A stretch of 41,426 bases of DNA from assembly GCF_001194135.2 (NCBI RefSeq), contig NC_068983.1:103601634-103643059 (forward strand), in the 5' to 3' direction. This stretch comes from Octopus bimaculoides (taxonomy: Eukaryota). A program made the translations under genes and the position numbers. The notes under the pieces are model-generated. The model saw only the letters and a program-made list of their open reading frames with translations, did not search any database and had not been told where the DNA came from. Positions 35,546 to 41,426 of the stretch are shown here, in pieces. Position 1 is the stretch's first letter. The number at the start of each line of letters is the position of its first letter.

Positions 35546-36255
35546 GTTACCATCATCATCATCATCATTTAGACCATCTTTCAATGAAGTTCATGTCTTG
35601 CAGGCTTGCAACAGTTGTTGAGTTTCTGAAAATATGATTAACACTGCTTTCAACGACATGTGTGTTGTGTTGACACAAAACCAATACTGATGACACAGAG
35701 GACGATTGGGATAGAATGAAATAATGATTGTGATATGGAAGAAAATAGCCATAGCTAATTTTAGAAAACCAGTTCTGCTGTGCAGGAAATTATCTAGTTT
35801 CTATGGTTCTGGAAAATATTCCTATAGAATTTAAACCAAATATTATATGACTTCAATCCTGACATTGTTCCTTCTGTAACAAATGAATATCAGAAATTGT
35901 CTTCATCTATTTCTGAGCTTTTCCATCTCTTTATCACCCTGTATTGCATTGTATTTCCACTCACTCCAGTCTCTTTTGTTGCTCCACCTTTATGTTCCTT
36001 CTATTATAAAATACATTAGAATGTCTTTTATAAAAGACTCAAGAATAAATACACCATACTAAAGTTTACTGAATGTAACCTGATTTAAAAGCAGATTTTG
36101 TTACATACAATCAAGGCACAATATAGAGAAGACCCTTAAACCAGAGAGGACAACGTCAGTTTCACTGCCCAGAGAGATTTGATCCATGACCAAAATCCTT
36201 TCCCATCATGGCTATTACTTTCATTATCGTAAATACAGAACTATATCATCTAATG

Positions 36256-36558
36256 CAGTGTTTCTCAACCTATTTTCCTCCAGATCTTACTATAACTTTC
36301 AAGAAAAATATATGCCCCACCAGTGGTTGGAAAAAAAGCAACTTTATTTTTAATATTTTATCACAATTATTTAATACAAAAGAATCTACTTGGTAACTCT
36401 TTTATCAAGTACTGAGTACAAAAAAAGTACATTTACTAAGAAAAATAATGTGAATTACTTTAATGAGAACTTTGTGCCTGGCAACTCTGGTACCATTCTC
36501 CAACACAATTTTCCTAGGCCCCCACCAGTGGGGAGGACACCCATGTTGGGAATCACTG
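36256..36558. mobile_element. hAT (Charlie-like) MITE, 303 bp, perfect 8-bp TSD
   Basis: TIRs cagtgtttctcaac and gttgggaatcactg; TSD atctaatg at 36248-36255 and 36559-36566. Confidence 0.9.
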
Positions 36559-36999
36559 ATCTAATGAATTCTTCCTTTTTTTAAGACAGTAAGGTATTTT
36601 TACAGTTTAGTTAAGGAGAGAAGGTCAGTACTCATGATCCTTTATTTTTTTCAGGGTTTCAGAGACTTGTAGGAAGAAAGAAAGAAGTTATCCTCAAAAC
36701 ACAGCCATGATCTCAAATGTTTACAACAGAGTTAACTCTGCTAAAGGCACCTAAAGTGGTGACATAAAATCAGGTGATGGATTATATCCGAGGACATATT
36801 TGAGACAGATTTGGTAGCTATTTCTAACAAGCTGAGTGGTCACACAAAGTCTTCTTTATTACTACATGCTCAGATAGTCCCAGTAACTGGTGTCAAAAAC
36901 AGTATCCAATAAAAAATTACAAAAATAAAAGTTCAAAAACAAGGTGTCATAAAAAAAAATTATTTATTCATTTCATGAATGTGTGTAAAAATAGATTTA

Positions 37000-37530
37000 A
37001 TCATCATCATCATCACTTAATGTCCACTTTCCATGCTAGCATGGATTGGACGAATTGACTGAGGACTGGTGAACCAGATGGCTACACCAGGCTCCAATCT
37101 CATTTGGCAGAGTTTCTACAACTAGATGCCCTTCCTAACGCCAACCACTCTGAGAGTGTAGTGGGTGCTTTTACACTCTGAGAGTGTAGTGGGTGCACGA
37201 AGGCCAGTCAGGTGGTACTGGCAACGGCCACGCCCAAAATGGTGTATTTTATGTGCCACCTGCACAGGAGCCAGTCCAGCGGCACTGGCAATGATCTCGC
37301 TTGAATGTCTTTACACGTGCCACCAGCACAAGTGCCAGGAAGGCGACGCTGGGCACAAGTGCCATCACGATTTCGCTTTCGCTTGCCCCAACAAGTCTTC
37401 GCAAGCCGAGTTTCGTGTCCAATGAAGGAGATGACGTTGGCATGGGTGCCAGTCATTGAATTTAGTTCGATTTTGATTTCACTTGCCTCAACAGGTCTTC
37501 GCAAGCGACGTTGTGTCTGTTGAAGGAAAA
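37000..37530 (-). mobile_element. RTE-type 3' end
   Basis: (ATC)n tail, tccactttccatgctagcatgg, hairpin units, and two tcttcgcaagc units. Confidence 0.8.
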
Positions 37531-37841
37531 GTACACATAAGTACACATAATATTGATTCAAATATATAGGGAAGCAGACAATGCTAATATTCCAACCATG
37601 AGTATTAGATGATAATATTAAAAGTTCTATAAGAGGGGAAAAAAAAAATGAAATTGCCAATATGGAAATATTAGGGTCAATTGTTGCCATGTAACACATA
37701 TCCTTCCTTGTCGGTCAACTTTTGAATGGAATTATTGAGTGCTATCATGACATGCTGTATGTCTTGAACATGTTAAATGTAGTGGAACCCTCTCTTTTCT
37801 TTTCAAGTCTGAAATCAGTAGCTTTCTTGCACACACACACA

Positions 37842-37875
<34 letters not shown>

Positions 37876-38134
37876 NNNNNNNNNNAACACACACACACAC
37901 ACATACACACACACACAGGTGGGGAAGCAATAGATCTGTTAGGCTGTGGTAAGATGTTTTCTTTGTAAACATCAGGTCCCAGGTTTGATCCTGCTGTATA
38001 GCATCTTGAATAAATGTCTTTTATCATAGTTTTAGGATAAACTAAACTTTAGAGACCATAAAAGACTGGAACCAGTCAACACTGTACTATATTATACATA
38101 ATATAAACAGGATCAAAGGTCCTTCCTATACTGT

Positions 38135-38367
38135 AGGCTCATAAGGCCAGTTTCCTGGATTCTGTGGTGTATTCATATTCCCCCCACCCCTGGACAAGAT
38201 GCTGGTTCATTGCAGGATTACTCATTTTTGTCAGCTGAGTGGACCGGAGCAATGTGCAATGAAGTGTTTTTCTCAAGAACGCAACACATCAACCAGTCAA
38301 GGAATTGAAACCACAATCTTATGATCATGAGTGGAACATCCTCACCACTAAACCAAAGGCCTCCACA
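38135..38367 (-). mobile_element. tRNA SINE of the 5135-5397 family
   Basis: Reverse complement head gtggaggcctttggtttagtggtgagg...ggtttcaattcc; body gctccggtccactcagctgac. Confidence 0.8.
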
Positions 38368-39679
38368 TGCATAATATACCACCGATGAAACTATAAAATA
38401 GAATGAAATATTTTCAGTATGAAGCTTTTCTTTCTTCTGTTCAATATAGATAAATTAAGACATTATGAGATCATACTATCTCAGGGAAGAGAGATAATCA
38501 CCCAGATGTATCAAGCTGCCAGAAATAATTCCCAAATCTCCTTTATATCAGACCCTAGAGTCTTAAATAAAGAAAAAGGGATAATTGAATATTATAATCC
38601 TATTGATATTTGAAATCCAACCACAAGATATTCAGTTAGAAATCATGTGATTGATCTATAAACCAACTAATCAGTGTTAAGCTGTAGCATGACATGGCTC
38701 CTCAAATGATCTAAAATTCATCCCCTTTTCCCCTCAGAAAGAACATTTGGTGAAACCACCTTGAGCACTCACAGGCTGACTGCTAAGACCAGCTCACCTT
38801 GGGCACTCAGACAAACCACATCAGGCACCCGGATAGACCAATTCAAGTACTCAGACAGACAGACACCTTGAGCATGAACCAACTTCAGATATTCAAGCTC
38901 GAGATACCACAGGAAGCCTTTTACAAGACAGTGCAGTTCTTTCCTCCCAGTTAGTGGTTATATTATCAACATCTTTCTTTTGTAAACAGCCAATGTTGTA
39001 AATTATGTCCAACAATAAATATGTTATAAGTTAAAAGTTTGTGAGCTTGCTTCATTTTTTATACAAGCGGCCAGTTAGACAACATGACGATGGTTATCAA
39101 TCCAACACACACCAACAAACAACTATCACAGCAATAGTGACTAATCCCTCACACAACATTGGGAACAAAGCATCTTCACAATATTAGTAACACTTGGCAC
39201 AAGAAAAGGCCAGCAAAAGCCACAACAATGGTAACCTAACTCATCAATCTCATGAAAATTATCTTCCCAGTGTAACAATGGATGTGAGACAAAGGCAAAC
39301 AAACAGTAAATAAGATAAAAGAGGCAGATGCTGAAAGCTCATAACTTTTACTACTGCAAACCCCACCTTTTGATCTACAACATTGATGTACTAATGGGCC
39401 ACCTATTAATGTGTTAGACGCGTATTTTTTCATCCACAAAATTTTCATCAGCACAAAATAGCTGTTAAATCAACTTTTCAATGCTGAGCAATGTTTCTTC
39501 TACCTTCAAATGCATGATTTTGGAGTGTATATTATCTAGAACCTTCCTAAGTTTGCGGTAATAACCAGCATTTAATCTTTTTTAATATCTTCTGCATTTG
39601 AATGATTCCAAATAACTTATGCTTAAATAAAGCAATTTCACCTGTTCCATCATTCTCTTTAGTGGTAGCCCAACAATTC

Positions 39680-39810
39680 AGGTCTCTTTATTCTGTGCTT
39701 CCCCTCCATTCACCGGGGATCCTCTCATTTGGTTTTCACACCTCAAAGCTACTTTCCCATTGAATAAAACTTCCTTAGATATACACCAATTTCACCTTTT
39801 AGTCATCGAT
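39680..39810 (+). mobile_element. Possible decayed Gypsy gag N-terminal fragment
   Basis: Reads VSLFCASPPFTGDPLIWFSHLKATFPL, resembling V.LKLPPF...DP..WF...EA.F. Confidence 0.35.
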
Positions 39811-40669
39811 GCAATACACACCAACAAGCAACCACCACAACAATGGCAATCAATTCCCATGCAACATTGGTGACAAAGCAACTTCATGACAATCCTAAAT
39901 GTAGATTAACTACAACAGCCATTCACTGTGCATATGATATTTTATTATTGGTTGGCAGATATCAGTATAGATCAGTGAACAGTTTGTTTTACTGAAATTA
40001 TGAACAAGACCATAGGCTCTTGTTAGATTCTTTGGTTTGGAGATGCTCCAGGCTGATGACACAACATATCGAAAGACTGGTATCCAAGGGTCCCTTATAC
40101 TAATAAATTATGTGTGTTATGAACATATATTTCTCATAAGGTGGAAACTGTTCTACTGTGACATGCACAGTATTCATGCTTGAATCTGTCAAAATGTATT
40201 AAAAATAGATATGCAAATCATTGAGCTACAACATTATCTGACAGACAAAAAAAGTAAGAAGGGGGTCATGGCTGGAATGCCTTTCAGTCATAGATCAATA
40301 ACAACTATAACTAACCAAAATAAACAGAAAGAAATGATAGGATGTGGTTAAGATTAATCTGTGAAATTTTAAATACAACTATTGAAATGCAAAGAGAACA
40401 TTTGTTAATTTTTTGTTGAGTTCACTACAGTGAAAACTAAGACACTGTCTTGATGACCAGCTTTCTTTTAGGAAGTAAAATAGTGATCTGAGTCACTAAA
40501 ACTAGGCTCAGTTCCTTTCTGAGTTCATATTACACCACATTCATTGCAATGTGTCCTTGTCTAAAGTATGAACAACTATTTACTTCAATTTAACTAGTTT
40601 GTTGTGTTTTTTAAGAAAAAAAGCCTTAATCATCTAGGAAGTTAACCTACATTAGATCACTGTACTTAC

Positions 40670-40771
40670 CAAGGCATAGAAGACTTTTCATGTCATATAT
40701 GCTTTGAATATTATTAAAAACAACAGATAATTGCCAGTCTTCAAAATCCTCTCTCACTGTATACATACATC
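40670..40771 (-). CDS. Candidate 102-nt phase 1-1 exon (CMYTVREDFEDWQLSVVFNNIQSIYDMKSLLCL)
   Basis: On the minus strand: catccttgtgcag acceptor, ttg|gtaagt donor, 33 open codons. No product recognised. Confidence 0.35.
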
Positions 40772-40824
40772 CTGCACAAGGATGACATGCAAGTTCTTAA
40801 AGTGTTCCATATTTTTTTTATAAC

Positions 40825-41060
40825 AGGCATAGGTGTGACTGTGTGGCAAGAAGCTTGGTTCCCAAGTACATGATTTCAGGTTCTGTAACACTGTGTGGCA
40901 CCAGGGTCAAATATCTTCTACTATATAGCCTTGGACCAACCAAAGCCTTGTGAGTGGATTTTGTAGAAGGAAGCTGAAAGAAACCTGTCTATATATAAGA
41001 GTGTATGTGTGTGTGTGTGTGTGTGGTTTTGTATCTGTGTTTGCTCCATTCGGTTAACTG
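40825..41060 (+). mobile_element. Decayed CORE-like SINE
   Basis: ggtgtgactgtgtggcaagaagctt...gccttgtgagtggattttgtagaaggaagctgaaag followed by (TG)n. Confidence 0.8.
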
Positions 41061-41136
41061 AGCCTTAATGAAATAGGTTTCTGTAAGAAGCCATTCAAAA
41101 CTTTAAGTTGCATGGAGCTGAATCAAACTGTACTAA

Positions 41137-41159
41137 ATAATAATAATAATAATAATAAC

Positions 41160-41197
<38 letters not shown>

Positions 41198-41201
41198 CAA
41201 C

Positions 41202-41248
<47 letters not shown>

Positions 41249-41268
41249 TAATAATAACAATAATAATA
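41137..41268. repeat. (TAA)n microsatellite
   Basis: Directly visible, with a few CAA/TGA interruptions. Confidence 0.97.
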
Positions 41269-41426
41269 ATGGAAAATAACAACCTGTTTCCAGAAGAGCA
41301 GAAGGGATGCTGCAAGGGCTCATACGGCTGTAAAGATCAATTATTGATCAATAAAGCCATAACTGAAGACAGCCGCAGAAAGAAGAAAGGCCTCAGTATG
41401 GCCTGGGTGGACTACCAAAAGGCTTT
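41269..41426 (+). mobile_element. Dong/R4-clade non-LTR RT domain, 5'-truncated at the (TAA)n and running off the window end
   Basis: Uninterrupted frame MENNNLFPEEQKGCCKGSYGCKDQLLINKAITEDSRRKKKGLSMAWVDYQKAF, matching R4/Dong RT motifs EEQKGC, GCKDQLLI and L..AW.DY.KAF. Confidence 0.85.

Overview
AT-rich, repeat-saturated animal DNA. The SINE/RTE families, microsatellite load and N gaps point to a cephalopod, probably Octopus (inference from repeat families). I found no confidently identifiable host gene, only three isolated candidate exons. No rRNA, true tRNA gene or CRISPR array is present, and almost all listed ORFs are microsatellite, gap or repeat artefacts. The window holds many tRNA-derived SINEs of several families (often nested, several with clear TSDs), RTE-type 3' tails, a decayed 2.6-kb RTE LINE, and hAT, mariner, TTAA-type and foldback-like MITEs. 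It also holds pieces of restriction-like-endonuclease (RLE, R4/Dong-type) non-LTR retrotransposons that the ORF track misses. The strongest leads are: (i) an R4-type family whose junctions lie in (CATA)n microsatellites, beside a Dong-like RT starting inside (TAA)n, suggesting two RLE lineages with different microsatellite targets; (ii) a 19-bp minisatellite born inside the CCHC zinc knuckle of an apparently ORF1-only retroelement; and (iii) three locally templated insertion scars. All protein assignments are by-eye motif recognition, not database searches, and many repeat boundaries are approximate.
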